Numbered from the stretch's first letter, positions 18,544 through 28,267 are shown. The stretch: DNA of 64,000 nt from Acidimicrobiia bacterium (GCA_035458525.1 DATHZQ010000040.1:7964-71963), one strand, 5' to 3'. Translations and numbers: made by a program. Notes: generated by a model from the letters alone, not told the origin.

Positions 18544-19548
18544 TCATTGAGCCGCTGCGATGCGTGTGTACAGCCACGACAGGCCGATGACGATGCTGCC
18601 GTACAGCATTTGCTGGATTGCCTGGCCGACACCGAGGAACGTCAACATGGATTGCAGGACGCCGAGGATCAGGGCGCCGAGGATCGTGCCGCTGTAGGTG
18701 CCGGTGCCGCCGAAGATCGACGTGCCGCCGATCACCGCCGCTGCCACGGATGGCAGCAAGAAGACGTTGGCGAGTTGGAGATCCACCGCGCCGACCCGGC
18801 CGCCGAGCAGGAGTCCGGCGATGGCGGCGAAGAGGCCGGCGATCATGTACACGACAATGAGGACTTGCCACGAGCGCGTGCCGGAAAGCCTGGTCGCAAT
18901 GGCGTTGTCGCCCAACGCGTAGAGGTTTCGCCCGAACCCCGAGTAGCGCAGCATGTAGATCACCAGCACCGACAGCACCGCCCAGACCACCACCGCCCAT
19001 GGGACGGTCCGTCCCCAGAACGAGCCGCCGCCGAGGGTCCGGATGAAGTCGCCCATTCGGGTGGATCCAGAGAAGATCGTCTGCGCCCAGGAGGTGAAGA
19101 GACCGAGCAGGATGGCGGACATCGCCAGCGTCATGATCAGCGGGTTGACGCGGAAGACACCGACACCGATTCCGTTGGCGGCACCCGACAGCACGCCGAC
19201 GAGCAGCCCGCCGCCAATGGCGATGACGGCGCCCTCGGGGGATTGGTTGGCGGCGACATAAGCGGCGCCGGTGGCGATCATCGCCGCAGAGAGGTCGATC
19301 CCTCCCGTGAGCATGAGGATCGTCTGCGCCGCCGCCAGCACGCCGATCGGAACGGCGAAGAGCACGGAGTTGCGGACGCCGGTCACGCTCAGGTAGTTCG
19401 GTTGGATGGCGCCGGTGACGAGGATCAGCGTGACGAGCACGGCGACGAGCACCAAGTGTGGATGGGTTGCCAGATACCGCCCGAACCGGCGCAGCCGAGG
19501 CGGGGCGCCGTCATCGGTGGAGGGGGCCCGAGTCGTCCTGGTGCTCAT
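18544..19548 (-). CDS. Sugar ABC transporter permease (RbsC-like)
   Basis: C-terminal part of ORF 18544..20622, starting at MSTRTTRAPS. Multi-span hydrophobic protein. ATGA overlap with the upstream permease. Confidence 0.85.
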   Translation of the reverse strand: MSTRTTRAPSTDDGAPPRLRRFGRYLATHPHLVLVAVLVTLILVTGAIQPNYLSVTGVRNSVLFAVPIGVLAAAQTILMLTGGIDLSAAMIATGAAYVAANQSPEGAVIAIGGGLLVGVLSGAANGIGVGVFRVNPLIMTLAMSAILLGLFTSWAQTIFSGSTRMGDFIRTLGGGSFWGRTVPWAVVVWAVLSVLVIYMLRYSGFGRNLYALGDNAIATRLSGTRSWQVLIVVYMIAGLFAAIAGLLLGGRVGAVDLQLANVFLLPSVAAAVIGGTSIFGGTGTYSGTILGALILGVLQSMLTFLGVGQAIQQMLYGSIVIGLSWLYTRIAAAQ

Positions 19549-20558
19549 GAGCGCCGTTGCCTCCGCCACTCGAGCAGGCCCGTCACCATCATCACGATGA
19601 CGATGAGGAGCCCTTGGATGATCTGGGCGCGATTCGGGTCGACGCCCATGGCGCTGAGGATCGGATTGAGGAAGAACAGGATCAGCCCGGCCGGCACGAC
19701 GGCGATCACCGAGCCGATGCCTCCGGTCAGCGCGACTCCGCCGAGCACGATCGCGGCGACGGAGTTCAGCGTGAGGTTGCCGCCGAAAGTGGTTGCATTG
19801 CCGCGGCCGGCGATTGCCGTGGTCGCCAAGCCGGCCAACGCCGCAAACGATCCGCCGACGGCGTACGAGAGGATCTTGACTCGGGCGGCGCGGATTCCGG
19901 ACAAGTAGGCCGCGGTCGTGTCGCTGCCCACCGCGTAGAGCGAAAGGCCGCGTCGCGTCCTGCCCAACCACCACGCCACGGCGAGGATGGCGATGCTGAT
20001 CATTGCGATCGCGGGCCACGGGTTGGCGCCGATGCCGGTGTTCGACCCGGTGAACAGGTACCGGTATCCCTCGCTGGTGCCCCCACCCGGGTTCGGTAGC
20101 ACCCACAGCGCCATGCCCTGGAAGACATAGAGGGAGCCGAGGGTCACGACGATGTCCGGCACCTGCGACACGGTGATGATCCAGCCGACGATCGAGTTGA
20201 GCACCGCCGCGGCCAACAGGATCCCTATGCCGATGAGGATGGTGGCCGCAAACGGCTGCCCTTCCATCAGCCGTGCTGCCGTGACGCTGGTGAGCACCAG
20301 CATGGAGCCCACGCCGAGGTCGATTCCTCCGGCGATCACGATCACGGCCTGCGCCGCGGCGAGGAAGACGAACGGCGACCCGTTGTTGACGATCGAGGCG
20401 ACCTGGAACGAGCCGAAGCTCGGAATCAGCGTCGAGTAGTAGGCGATGAGCGCAAGGAACAGGATCCAGATCCCGGTGGTCCAGCCGTGGCGGCGGACCC
20501 AGCGGCGCCACGGTCGGCGGGATCCGGCGGCGATGGCCGAGGGCGTGGTTGCCGTCAT
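19545..20558 (-). CDS. Sugar ABC transporter permease (RbsC-like)
   Basis: ORF 19545..20672 trimmed to MTATTPSAIAAG. Multi-span. The start overlaps the ATPase stop. Confidence 0.85.
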   Translation of the reverse strand: MTATTPSAIAAGSRRPWRRWVRRHGWTTGIWILFLALIAYYSTLIPSFGSFQVASIVNNGSPFVFLAAAQAVIVIAGGIDLGVGSMLVLTSVTAARLMEGQPFAATILIGIGILLAAAVLNSIVGWIITVSQVPDIVVTLGSLYVFQGMALWVLPNPGGGTSEGYRYLFTGSNTGIGANPWPAIAMISIAILAVAWWLGRTRRGLSLYAVGSDTTAAYLSGIRAARVKILSYAVGGSFAALAGLATTAIAGRGNATTFGGNLTLNSVAAIVLGGVALTGGIGSVIAVVPAGLILFFLNPILSAMGVDPNRAQIIQGLLIVIVMMVTGLLEWRRQRRS

Positions 20559-22054
20559 GCCGGCGCCTCCTCGAGCCCGTGCGCCGCGGAGAGGAGCATC
20601 TCCTCGGTGGCCGTCCGCGCATCCTGCTCGCTGACGACTCGGCCCGAATACATCACGAGCACTCGGTCGCACACGAGGGGGATCTCACGGAGCTCGCTGG
20701 TGTAGAGCAGCACGGCGGCGCCGTCGGCGGCGAGCTCGCGCAACAGGTCGTAGATCTGGGCCTTGGTTTGGATATCGATTCCGCGGGTGGGGTCGAAGCA
20801 CAGCAGGGTGTCGAAGCCGGCAGCCAGCCAGCGCCCGATCGTCACCTTCTGCTGATTGCCACCCGAGAGTCGCTGCACCTGCTCGGCGGCCCGGATGTCG
20901 ATGTCGAGCCGTTCGACGGCCCGCGACACCCGCTCCTCCTCGTCGCGGGCGAGGGTGAACCAGCGGCTGATGCGGTTGTAGAGCGGCGTCGACAAGTTCT
21001 CGCGCACGGAACGCTGTGGGAGCAGTGCGTGTTGCCGTTCCGCCGGCACGAGGACCACGCCTTGGCGAATCGCATCGAAAGGGGAGCGGGCGGTGAGCGG
21101 TTTCCCGTTGACGACGAGCTCGCCACTCGTGGGCCGGTGGTCGCCGGACAGCATCTGGAACAGCTCGTCCTGACCCTGGCCCTCGAGTGCGGTCAGTCCG
21201 AGGATCTCGCCGGCCCGCAATGCGAAAGAGACGCCGTTCACCTTGTCGCGAAGCCTGAGGTCCCGGGCTTCGAGCACGATCGGCCGTTCGCCGTTGCCGA
21301 TGGTGCGCCCGGTGCGGGCGGTGGCATCCTCGCCCGTTGCGGCCTCTGCCAGCTCCTCGCCGAGCATCGCCCTGACGAGCTCGGTCTCGGCGACGCCCTC
21401 GAGGTCGAGCTCCGCGACGTTGGTGCCGTTGCGCAGGATGGTGGCCCGGTCACTCATCTCGAGTACCTCGCCGAGACGGTGCGTGATGAACAAGACCGAG
21501 CGGCCTCGTTCCTTCCATTCGCGCATCAGGTCGAAGACGAAGGTGGTCTGGTCGGTGGTCAGCGCGGCGGTGATCTCGTCGAGCATGAGCAGCTGTGGAT
21601 CTTTGGCGAGGGCTCGGGCCAGGTCCAGCAGGCGCAGCATTGCCAGTGGGACGTCGCGTACCTGGAGATCGAGGTCGATCGAATCGAGCTGCATCCGCTC
21701 CAGCCAGGGCATCACGGCGCCGACGTCGAGATTGCTGATGCGCAAGTTCTGCTCGAGCGAGAGGTCGCGGATCAGCGCCGGATCCTGAAACACGGTGGCG
21801 ATGCCTGCGGCGACCGAGTCGGCGGGCTTGCGAAGCCTCGCCGGTGCCCCGTTGACGGCGATCGTCCCGGCGTCCGCACCGAAGACTGCGGAGAGGATCT
21901 TGACGAGGGTGCTCTTCCCGGCGCCGTTGGCGCCGAGGAGCGCGTGAATCTCGCCGGGAGCCACGGTGAGGTCGGCAGACCGCAGCGCCACCACGGGGCC
22001 ATAGCGCTTGGCGATGCCTCGCGCCGCCAGCAGCGCCTGCGTCGATTCGCTCAC
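20555..22054 (-). CDS. Sugar ABC transporter ATP-binding protein (tandem ABC domains)
   Basis: 499 aa. Walker A GANGAGKST, signature LSGGNQQK, second degenerate cassette. Confidence 0.93.
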   Translation of the reverse strand: MSESTQALLAARGIAKRYGPVVALRSADLTVAPGEIHALLGANGAGKSTLVKILSAVFGADAGTIAVNGAPARLRKPADSVAAGIATVFQDPALIRDLSLEQNLRISNLDVGAVMPWLERMQLDSIDLDLQVRDVPLAMLRLLDLARALAKDPQLLMLDEITAALTTDQTTFVFDLMREWKERGRSVLFITHRLGEVLEMSDRATILRNGTNVAELDLEGVAETELVRAMLGEELAEAATGEDATARTGRTIGNGERPIVLEARDLRLRDKVNGVSFALRAGEILGLTALEGQGQDELFQMLSGDHRPTSGELVVNGKPLTARSPFDAIRQGVVLVPAERQHALLPQRSVRENLSTPLYNRISRWFTLARDEEERVSRAVERLDIDIRAAEQVQRLSGGNQQKVTIGRWLAAGFDTLLCFDPTRGIDIQTKAQIYDLLRELAADGAAVLLYTSELREIPLVCDRVLVMYSGRVVSEQDARTATEEMLLSAAHGLEEAPA

Positions 22055-22125
22055 ATCGTGATCCTCAAGTCGGGCGAAAGTGTGCCGGGCCCCGACGGGG
22101 GCCCGGCACGACTCTCAGGTTGGTG

Positions 22126-23226
22126 TCACTCGCCGGGTCCCTTGCAGGCGACGACCATGTCGGCGGTGTAGCTGACGTACGGCTCGATCTCCATGTAGGA
22201 AGACCATCCTGCGGTCAGCCCGTCGACGTACACGGCCTCCAGGTCGCCTTGCTCGCTGAGCACCACGGGCGTCAGCAGCGTCTGCTGCGAGACGTCCTTG
22301 CCTTCGAGAATGTCGAGGGCGACTGCCGCACCGACGCCGCCGACCGATGGCGGGTTGCTGACTGCGGCTCCGGTGAGACCTTCGCCTCCGAGTTCGATCA
22401 GCTGTGCAACGAACTCGTTGTTGTCCGCACCCACGACGGGCACGTAGTCGACACCGGCGACCGAGAACTGCTCGACCACCGTGTAGTCGATGCCAGACGT
22501 CCAAATACCGTCCAGCTCCTGAGTGGTGAGGATCTCGAGCGCTTGCTGCGCACCGACGCTGGGATCCCAGCCGGTCCAGTCCTCGTATACGACCTCGATC
22601 CCCGGATAGTCCACCAGTGCGGCCTGGAAGCCGTCGTCGCGATCGGTGTCGGCCGGGTGGCCTTGGAGCCCACGCATGTAGGCGACCTTGCCTTCGCCGC
22701 CGAGCGACTCGAACAGCCAGCGGGCGCCGACCTCGCCGTACTGGACCTGATTGTTGGACACGAAATACGCCGACTCCGCGGTGACGGGGGCGTCGATGGC
22801 GATCACAGGGATGCCTTGTGCTGCTGCTTCTTCGATCACGTCGTCGAGCGCCGAGCGGTCGGCCGGGTTCACCAGGATCGCATCGACGCCCTGCGAGATG
22901 AGTGTCTGGATCTGGGCGACCTGCCCGGCGACGTCCGTATTGGCGTTCTGCAACACGACCTCGTCCACGTTGCCGCGGGCCAACGCCTCGGCCTTGATGG
23001 CGCAGATCATCTGCTCACGCCAGGCGTTGCCGACGAGCGTGTTGGACACACCGAGCGTGAACGTCTCATCGGCCATCGCTTCGGTGGTTTCGGTCGTGTC
23101 GTCGCCGCCCGCAGCGGCGGTCGTGTCGGCGTCGGCGTCATCGTCATCCCCGCCGCATGCGGCGACGACGAGCGCAAGCGCCATGAACAAAGCTGCGAGA
23201 CGCAGCCATGCGTTCTTACGCGTCAT
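22126..23226 (-). CDS. Sugar ABC transporter substrate-binding lipoprotein (type I periplasmic binding protein)
   Basis: Signal/lipobox [13 protein letters not shown]. RbsB-like core: [32 protein letters not shown]. Confidence 0.88.
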   Translation of the reverse strand: MTRKNAWLRLAALFMALALVVAACGGDDDDADADTTAAAGGDDTTETTEAMADETFTLGVSNTLVGNAWREQMICAIKAEALARGNVDEVVLQNANTDVAGQVAQIQTLISQGVDAILVNPADRSALDDVIEEAAAQGIPVIAIDAPVTAESAYFVSNNQVQYGEVGARWLFESLGGEGKVAYMRGLQGHPADTDRDDGFQAALVDYPGIEVVYEDWTGWDPSVGAQQALEILTTQELDGIWTSGIDYTVVEQFSVAGVDYVPVVGADNNEFVAQLIELGGEGLTGAAVSNPPSVGGVGAAVALDILEGKDVSQQTLLTPVVLSEQGDLEAVYVDGLTAGWSSYMEIEPYVSYTADMVVACKGPGE

Positions 23227-23328
23227 TGCGGATTCCTCCTCCGTCTTCCTTCTCTCTTTGCCTTTCCCACCGCCCCGACCGCCCTCGGCGATCGAAGCGG
23301 AATCCTCTGTGCCGTACGCGAGCGCGCT

Positions 23329-24528
23329 TCATGTCCGACTCCCCGCAGAAACGGCGAGCTGTGTGTTGACCGCTGCCGGTGAGAGCACGTGCTCGATCAC
23401 CATTGCCGCGGCTCCGGTGATGCCGGCGTTGTCGCCCAAGCGGGCGGGCACGACATCCAGGTGGCCTGTCGAGAGCGCCGTGGAGCGGCGGTATACGACC
23501 TCGCGTATGCGGGCGATGAACTCGGGCCCGGCGGAAGCGAGGTCGCCGCCGATCGCGATCGTGTTCGGGTTCACGACGTTCACGATCGAAGCAAGCACGG
23601 AGCCGATGAGGCGCCCGGCGCCCTGGACGGCCTGGATCGCATCGTGGTTTCCCGACCGCACCAGCGCTACGACATCCCGGGTGTCGGTGGTCGCATACCC
23701 CTTTGCCGCAAGGGACGTTGCAAGCGCATTGCCGCCTGCGGAAGCTTCGAGGCAACCGACGTTGCCGCACCGGCACACGACGTCGGCATCCCCGATCTGG
23801 ATGTGGCCGATGTCCCCGGCGGCACCGTCCGAGCCGCGATGCAGGCGTCCACCGAGGATGAGGCCGGAACCGATACCCGTGCCGACCTTCACGTAGACGA
23901 AATCGAGCGGCGGCGAGTCCATGGCCCACCATTCTCCGAGTGCCATGATGTTGACGTCGTTGTCGACGAGGCAGGTGGTGGCGAAGCTGTCGGCAATTCG
24001 CTCCCGGACCGCAAAGCCGTCCCATCCGGGCATGATCGGCGGGACCACGGCTCTTCCGGTCGCAAACTCGACCGGGCCCGGGAGGCCGATACCGATGCCC
24101 TTGACGTCGGCGGTGGTTTTGCCTGCGGCGGCGAGAAGCTCTCGGAACGTCGTTTCGACCCAATCGAGCACAACCTCCGGGCCGGCGGCGATGTCGATGT
24201 CCGACCCGACATGCTCGAGCGGCTCCGCCATCAAGTTCGTGAGGGCAAGTCGTGAGTGGGTGGCGCCGAGGTCGGCGGCCAACACGACGCCGGCATTGCG
24301 GTTGAACTCGAGCAACGTGGGCGGCCGTCCCCCGGTCGAGGGCCCTTCACCGGCCTCGACCAGCAGCTTGTCTCCGATCAGGCGTTCGATGCGCTGGGAC
24401 ACGGTGGACCGGGCGAGGCCGGTGACGTCGACGAGTTCGGCCCGAGTCGTGGCCGAGCCGCTGCGAATCAGCTGCAGCAGTACGCCGGCCGAGTCTGCGG
24501 AGGCGGGGGGCGCCTCATGACGTTCCAT
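23329..24528 (-). CDS. ROK family transcriptional regulator
   Basis: ORF 23329..25023 trimmed to MERHEAPP. N-terminal winged helix (TRAELVDVTGLARSTVSQRIERL) plus ROK sugar-kinase fold with CRCGNVGCLE. Confidence 0.85.
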   Translation of the reverse strand: MERHEAPPASADSAGVLLQLIRSGSATTRAELVDVTGLARSTVSQRIERLIGDKLLVEAGEGPSTGGRPPTLLEFNRNAGVVLAADLGATHSRLALTNLMAEPLEHVGSDIDIAAGPEVVLDWVETTFRELLAAAGKTTADVKGIGIGLPGPVEFATGRAVVPPIMPGWDGFAVRERIADSFATTCLVDNDVNIMALGEWWAMDSPPLDFVYVKVGTGIGSGLILGGRLHRGSDGAAGDIGHIQIGDADVVCRCGNVGCLEASAGGNALATSLAAKGYATTDTRDVVALVRSGNHDAIQAVQGAGRLIGSVLASIVNVVNPNTIAIGGDLASAGPEFIARIREVVYRRSTALSTGHLDVVPARLGDNAGITGAAAMVIEHVLSPAAVNTQLAVSAGSRT

Positions 24529-24644
24529 GCTTTCGCCAGTCAACCAACCTCTTTTGTCGGTGTCAAGAACGAAGTCCGGGGTCCACGGCCGACGACCGAC
24601 AGTCGTGCTGGTGGCTGTCGCGTGCGCTGCGTCGGTGGACCACT

Positions 24645-25427
24645 TCAGCATGCGCCGCCGAGGGCCCGCGCCAGCCGTCGGGCGTGCTCTTGGTAGGCGC
24701 GTTCGAATAGCTCCGCGGAACGTTCCGCCCCGACCACGCTCGAGCTGGTCAGCACCGGAGGCAGCGCATCCATCGGCGCGAGGATGGCGGCGGTCTGCAC
24801 TTTGATCTCGTTCACGATCGCGGCGTTGGCCACGGTCGACACGGGGCCGATCGGTGTGTCGAGGCCATCGAGTGCGACGGCGGCGTCGCCGATCGGCACG
24901 CAGATGTCGATCACCACGTCTGCGTGGTCGAGGAGGCGGGTGCCGTCTGGGGTACCGGGCGTGCCCGCGAGCGAGTGGTCGACGGCGGTGACGGCGACCA
25001 CCGGAAGTCCGCGCTGCTTGCATCCCGCCGCAAGCTCGACGGGTACTGCCGTATTCCCGCTCGAGCTGAACACGATCATCACGTCTTCGGGCTGGAACGC
25101 GAAGTTGGCCAGGATCACCTCGGCCAGACCCGGGACCCGCTCGATGAACATTGCCTGCCGCTGGCCATTGGCGCCGGCAACCTGCGTGTGGAACGTCATC
25201 GACAGCTCGGCGATGGGATGGAATCCAGGGTAAGAGCCGTAGCGGGGAAACATCTCCTCGAGGGGGATGCGGGAATGGCCCGTGCCGAACAGATGCACCA
25301 TGCCTCCGGCCGCGATGGCCCTCGCGGACATCTCGGCAACCGTGGCGATCGCATCCATCTGGGTCGCCTCGATGCGATCGAGCGTTGCTCGCGCCGCCTC
25401 CAGCCAGCGCCCCGCCATGGCCGTCAT
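24645..25427 (-). CDS. SIS (sugar isomerase) domain protein, UPF0309-like
   Basis: ORF 24645..26168 trimmed to MTAMAGRW. GGMVHLFGTGHSRIPLEEMFPR and VFSSSGNT motifs. Confidence 0.8.
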   Translation of the reverse strand: MTAMAGRWLEAARATLDRIEATQMDAIATVAEMSARAIAAGGMVHLFGTGHSRIPLEEMFPRYGSYPGFHPIAELSMTFHTQVAGANGQRQAMFIERVPGLAEVILANFAFQPEDVMIVFSSSGNTAVPVELAAGCKQRGLPVVAVTAVDHSLAGTPGTPDGTRLLDHADVVIDICVPIGDAAVALDGLDTPIGPVSTVANAAIVNEIKVQTAAILAPMDALPPVLTSSSVVGAERSAELFERAYQEHARRLARALGGAC

Positions 25428-25456
25428 GGTCTTCCCCTCCAAGCGAACGACATTGA

Positions 25457-25486
25457 CTTGTCTATACAAGCAAATGTCTAGACAAG
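25457..25486. promoter_or_regulatory. Twin HutC/GntR (DasR/NagR-like) operators in the divergent SIS/GntR promoter region
   Basis: CTTGTCTATACAAG (25457..25470) and ATGTCTAGACAAG, which contains the perfect palindrome TGTCTAGACA (25475..25484). Confidence 0.65.
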
Positions 25487-25526
25487 TTTCCACCCGTCTC
25501 GAGCGACGGCGGTATGCTCGGCGACG

Positions 25527-26243
25527 ATGCCCCCAGGTGCCCGCTACCTCGAAATCGCTGCCTATCTGCGCGAGGCGGTGAGCGCTTCCCAGCAGGGGGA
25601 TCGGCTGCCCTCGGAGGCGGAGCTCTGCGAGCGCTTCGGCGTGAGCCGCATGACGGCCCGGCATGCGATCCAAGTCCTCGAGCAAGAACACCTGGTGCAT
25701 CGCAAGAGGGGCAAAGGCACCTTCGTGTCGGCCAAGCCGGTACCGCGTCTGCTCGGATCGCCGCTGTCGTTCACCGAGAGCATGAAGCGGCGCGGCATGC
25801 AGGCATCGACCACGGTGCTCGCGGCCCGCTACGAAGCTCCCGATGAGGGCGACGTCAAGGCGCTCGAGATCGCGGCCGACGATCAGATCGCCGTGCTCGA
25901 GCGGCTGCGCTGTGCCGACGGTGTGCCGATGGCGATCGAGCGGGCGGTGCTGGCGCCGGATTGCGCCTCCGTGATCGAAGCCATCGGCGACGGTTCGCTG
26001 CACGACGCATTCGAAGCGATGGGACGCGTTCCCAGTCGCGCCACCGCCGAGGTCACCGCACGCTCGGCCTCGGCGACCGAGAAGCGCCTCCTCGAGCTCG
26101 AAGGCGACGACGTCGTGCTGTGCGAGCGTCGGGTGATCTACGACCAGGACGGCGCACCACTCGAGCACACGGAAACCCGTTACGCCGCCGATCGCTACGT
26201 GTTCGACGTCACGATGTACCGGCCCCCGAGCGTGTCGCTGTGA
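25527..26243 (+). CDS. GntR family (HutC subfamily, UTRA domain) transcriptional regulator
   Basis: LPSEAELCERFGVSRMTARHAIQVLEQEHLVHRKRGKGTFV helix-turn-helix. ~240 aa with a UTRA-sized C-terminal domain. Confidence 0.9.
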   Translation: MPPGARYLEIAAYLREAVSASQQGDRLPSEAELCERFGVSRMTARHAIQVLEQEHLVHRKRGKGTFVSAKPVPRLLGSPLSFTESMKRRGMQASTTVLAARYEAPDEGDVKALEIAADDQIAVLERLRCADGVPMAIERAVLAPDCASVIEAIGDGSLHDAFEAMGRVPSRATAEVTARSASATEKRLLELEGDDVVLCERRVIYDQDGAPLEHTETRYAADRYVFDVTMYRPPSVSL

Positions 26244-27145
26244 CGGAGGCCCTCTTTCTCGGCGTCGACCTCGGTGCGACCAACATCAAGATGGTCGTCG
26301 TTGACGCCGGACTCGAGCCCGAAGTGGTCGGTACCGAGCGCATCCCAACGCTCGGTGAGCAAGGTCACGATGCCGTGATCGATCGGCTTGCCAATGCGGT
26401 CGTCGAGCGCCACGAGCGCGCAGGCCCGTTCCGCGGCGTGGGGATCGGCACGCCGGGTCTGTTCGCTCCCGAGACGGGCGTCGTCGAGATCTTCACGAAC
26501 TTGCCCGGTCAATGGCGTGGCGTGCCGCTGCGGCACCGGATGGAGACAGGCACCGGGTTGCCCATCACGCTCATCAACGACGCCAGAGCCTTCACCCTCG
26601 CCGAGGGGCGCTTGGGGGCAGGCAACGGTCTGCCGGTGGTCGCTTGCCTGACCCTCGGCACGGGCATCGGCGGCGGCCTGATGATCGACGGCCGCCTCTT
26701 CAACGGCGCCACCGGGATCGCCGGCGAGATCGCCCACCAGACCGTGCTGCCCGGCGGTCGCGTCTGCGGCTGTGGAAACGCCGGATGCGCGGAAGGTCTC
26801 GCCCGGTCCGACGTGCTGGCTGAGATGGCCGGGAAGAGCAGCGTCGAGGAGGTCTTTGCGGGTCTCGCCGCCGGCGACGCACGGTGCGCGGAGGCGGTCG
26901 CCACTGCCGCAAAGTACGTCGGCATCGCCCTCGCCAACGTGGTCACGGTGATCGGCCCGAACCGGATCGTCATCGGCGGCGGAATCGCCGCAGCCGGTGA
27001 TGCGATCCTCGACCCCATCCGGGATGCCATCAAGGCTCATGTGACGCTCGTGCCCCACGAGTCCATCGAGGTGGTCCCGGCTTCGCTCGGCTCGGAAGCC
27101 GGGGCGATCGGTGCGGCGCTTGCCGCCATCGACGCTGCGGGCTGA
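26240..27145 (+). CDS. ROK family sugar kinase
   Basis: ORF 25961..27145 trimmed to the GTG at 26240 (GTGA overlap with the gntR stop). LGVDLGATNIK ATP motif and CGCGNAGCAE zinc motif. Confidence 0.85.
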   Translation: MTEALFLGVDLGATNIKMVVVDAGLEPEVVGTERIPTLGEQGHDAVIDRLANAVVERHERAGPFRGVGIGTPGLFAPETGVVEIFTNLPGQWRGVPLRHRMETGTGLPITLINDARAFTLAEGRLGAGNGLPVVACLTLGTGIGGGLMIDGRLFNGATGIAGEIAHQTVLPGGRVCGCGNAGCAEGLARSDVLAEMAGKSSVEEVFAGLAAGDARCAEAVATAAKYVGIALANVVTVIGPNRIVIGGGIAAAGDAILDPIRDAIKAHVTLVPHESIEVVPASLGSEAGAIGAALAAIDAAG

Positions 27146-27946
27146 TCAGGCTGGGGCTTCGGTCACCGACCACCCGCCGTCGAGGGCGATCACCTGGCCG
27201 GTGATGTAACGCGACTCGGGGGACAGGAGGAACACCGCAAGGTCGGCGGCCGCCTCCGCCGGGAGCAAACCCTGGGCCAGCGGCTGTTTGCGGGCGGCGT
27301 ACGCAACGCTGGCCGGGTCGTCCTGGGCCCGCTGCGACATCGGTGTGGCAACGAGGCCAGGAGCGACGGCGTTCACCCGGATCAGGTCCGCAGCGTAACG
27401 CGCCGCCATCGTCACGGTGAGTGCCTCGATGGCGCCCTTGGCGGTGGCGTAGCCGTGTGTAGCGAACAGCTGCGCCGGGCTCGAAGCCAGCACACTCGAC
27501 ATGAGGATGATGGCGCCCCGGCCGCCGGCCGCGGGGTCCTGGTGCAGCATCTGACGGATCGCCGCCGCGGCGACGGTGAAGGCAGGTACCGCGTTGAGCT
27601 CGTATGCGGCAGCGAAGCCGTCCAGCGTCGCCTGGTCGATCGGACCGTCGCCGTGCGTGCGGGCGCTGGCCCCGGCGACGGCGAAGAGCCCGTCAACGCG
27701 GCCAAAGCGCTCCACGCATGCTGCCACCGCGGCGTTCGTGGCTACCTCGTCACGGAGGTCTGCTGCCGACCACGCCGCAGTGCCGCCTTCCTGCCGGATC
27801 CGCTCGGCGAGGACGCGGCACTCCTCGGGTTCCATCGAAACGATGAAGACGCCGGCGCCCTCGGCCGCACACCGAGTTGCGGCGGCGGCCGCCATCCCCG
27901 TGGCGCCGGTGATCAGGCAAACGTGGCCGGTGAGTCGATCTGACAT
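27146..27946 (-). CDS. SDR family oxidoreductase
   Basis: ORF 27146..28156 trimmed to MSDRLTGHVCLITGATGMAAA. YATAKGA catalytic region. Confidence 0.85.
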   Translation of the reverse strand: MSDRLTGHVCLITGATGMAAAAATRCAAEGAGVFIVSMEPEECRVLAERIRQEGGTAAWSAADLRDEVATNAAVAACVERFGRVDGLFAVAGASARTHGDGPIDQATLDGFAAAYELNAVPAFTVAAAAIRQMLHQDPAAGGRGAIILMSSVLASSPAQLFATHGYATAKGAIEALTVTMAARYAADLIRVNAVAPGLVATPMSQRAQDDPASVAYAARKQPLAQGLLPAEAAADLAVFLLSPESRYITGQVIALDGGWSVTEAPA

Positions 27947-28267
27947 TCCGGGCAGTTGTAGCAGGTCGCCGGGGACCTCTCGATCAGGCAGCGGTTGGAG
28001 CGCAACGAGCCTGCCCTGGGGGGAACACTCCGACCGGTGAGGGTGTTGCCCGGTGGTACGACCCGTCGAGGGCGACGATTTGGGCTCGGATCGCCTGGAT
28101 GCGTCTATACTCCCGGTCAGATCTTCCCGATCGAGTTCCCGTTTACCCGGAGCCAAGGCCGTACTGCGGCGTGGTGTTGTGAGCGGAGCAACTCACCCGG
28201 GGTCGGCGGTCGCATGAGTGCGGCGCCGACTTTCGCGTGTAGAGAACCAACAGAAGAGAGAAGGCAC

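Noticed and set aside
28079-28111. rpsL promoter call using TATACT (28106..28111).
   Set aside because: No acceptable -35 lies at 16-19 nt spacing, so it is not reported as a feature. It is discussed as ambiguous with the operator core.
27947-28267. 321-nt SDR/rpsL spacer considered as a possible novel ncRNA or riboswitch.
   Set aside because: It contains only short local hairpins (GTGAG...CTCAC; GTCGGCG...CGCCGAC). I recognised no conserved motif and have no comparative data. It most simply holds divergent promoters and the rpsL leader.
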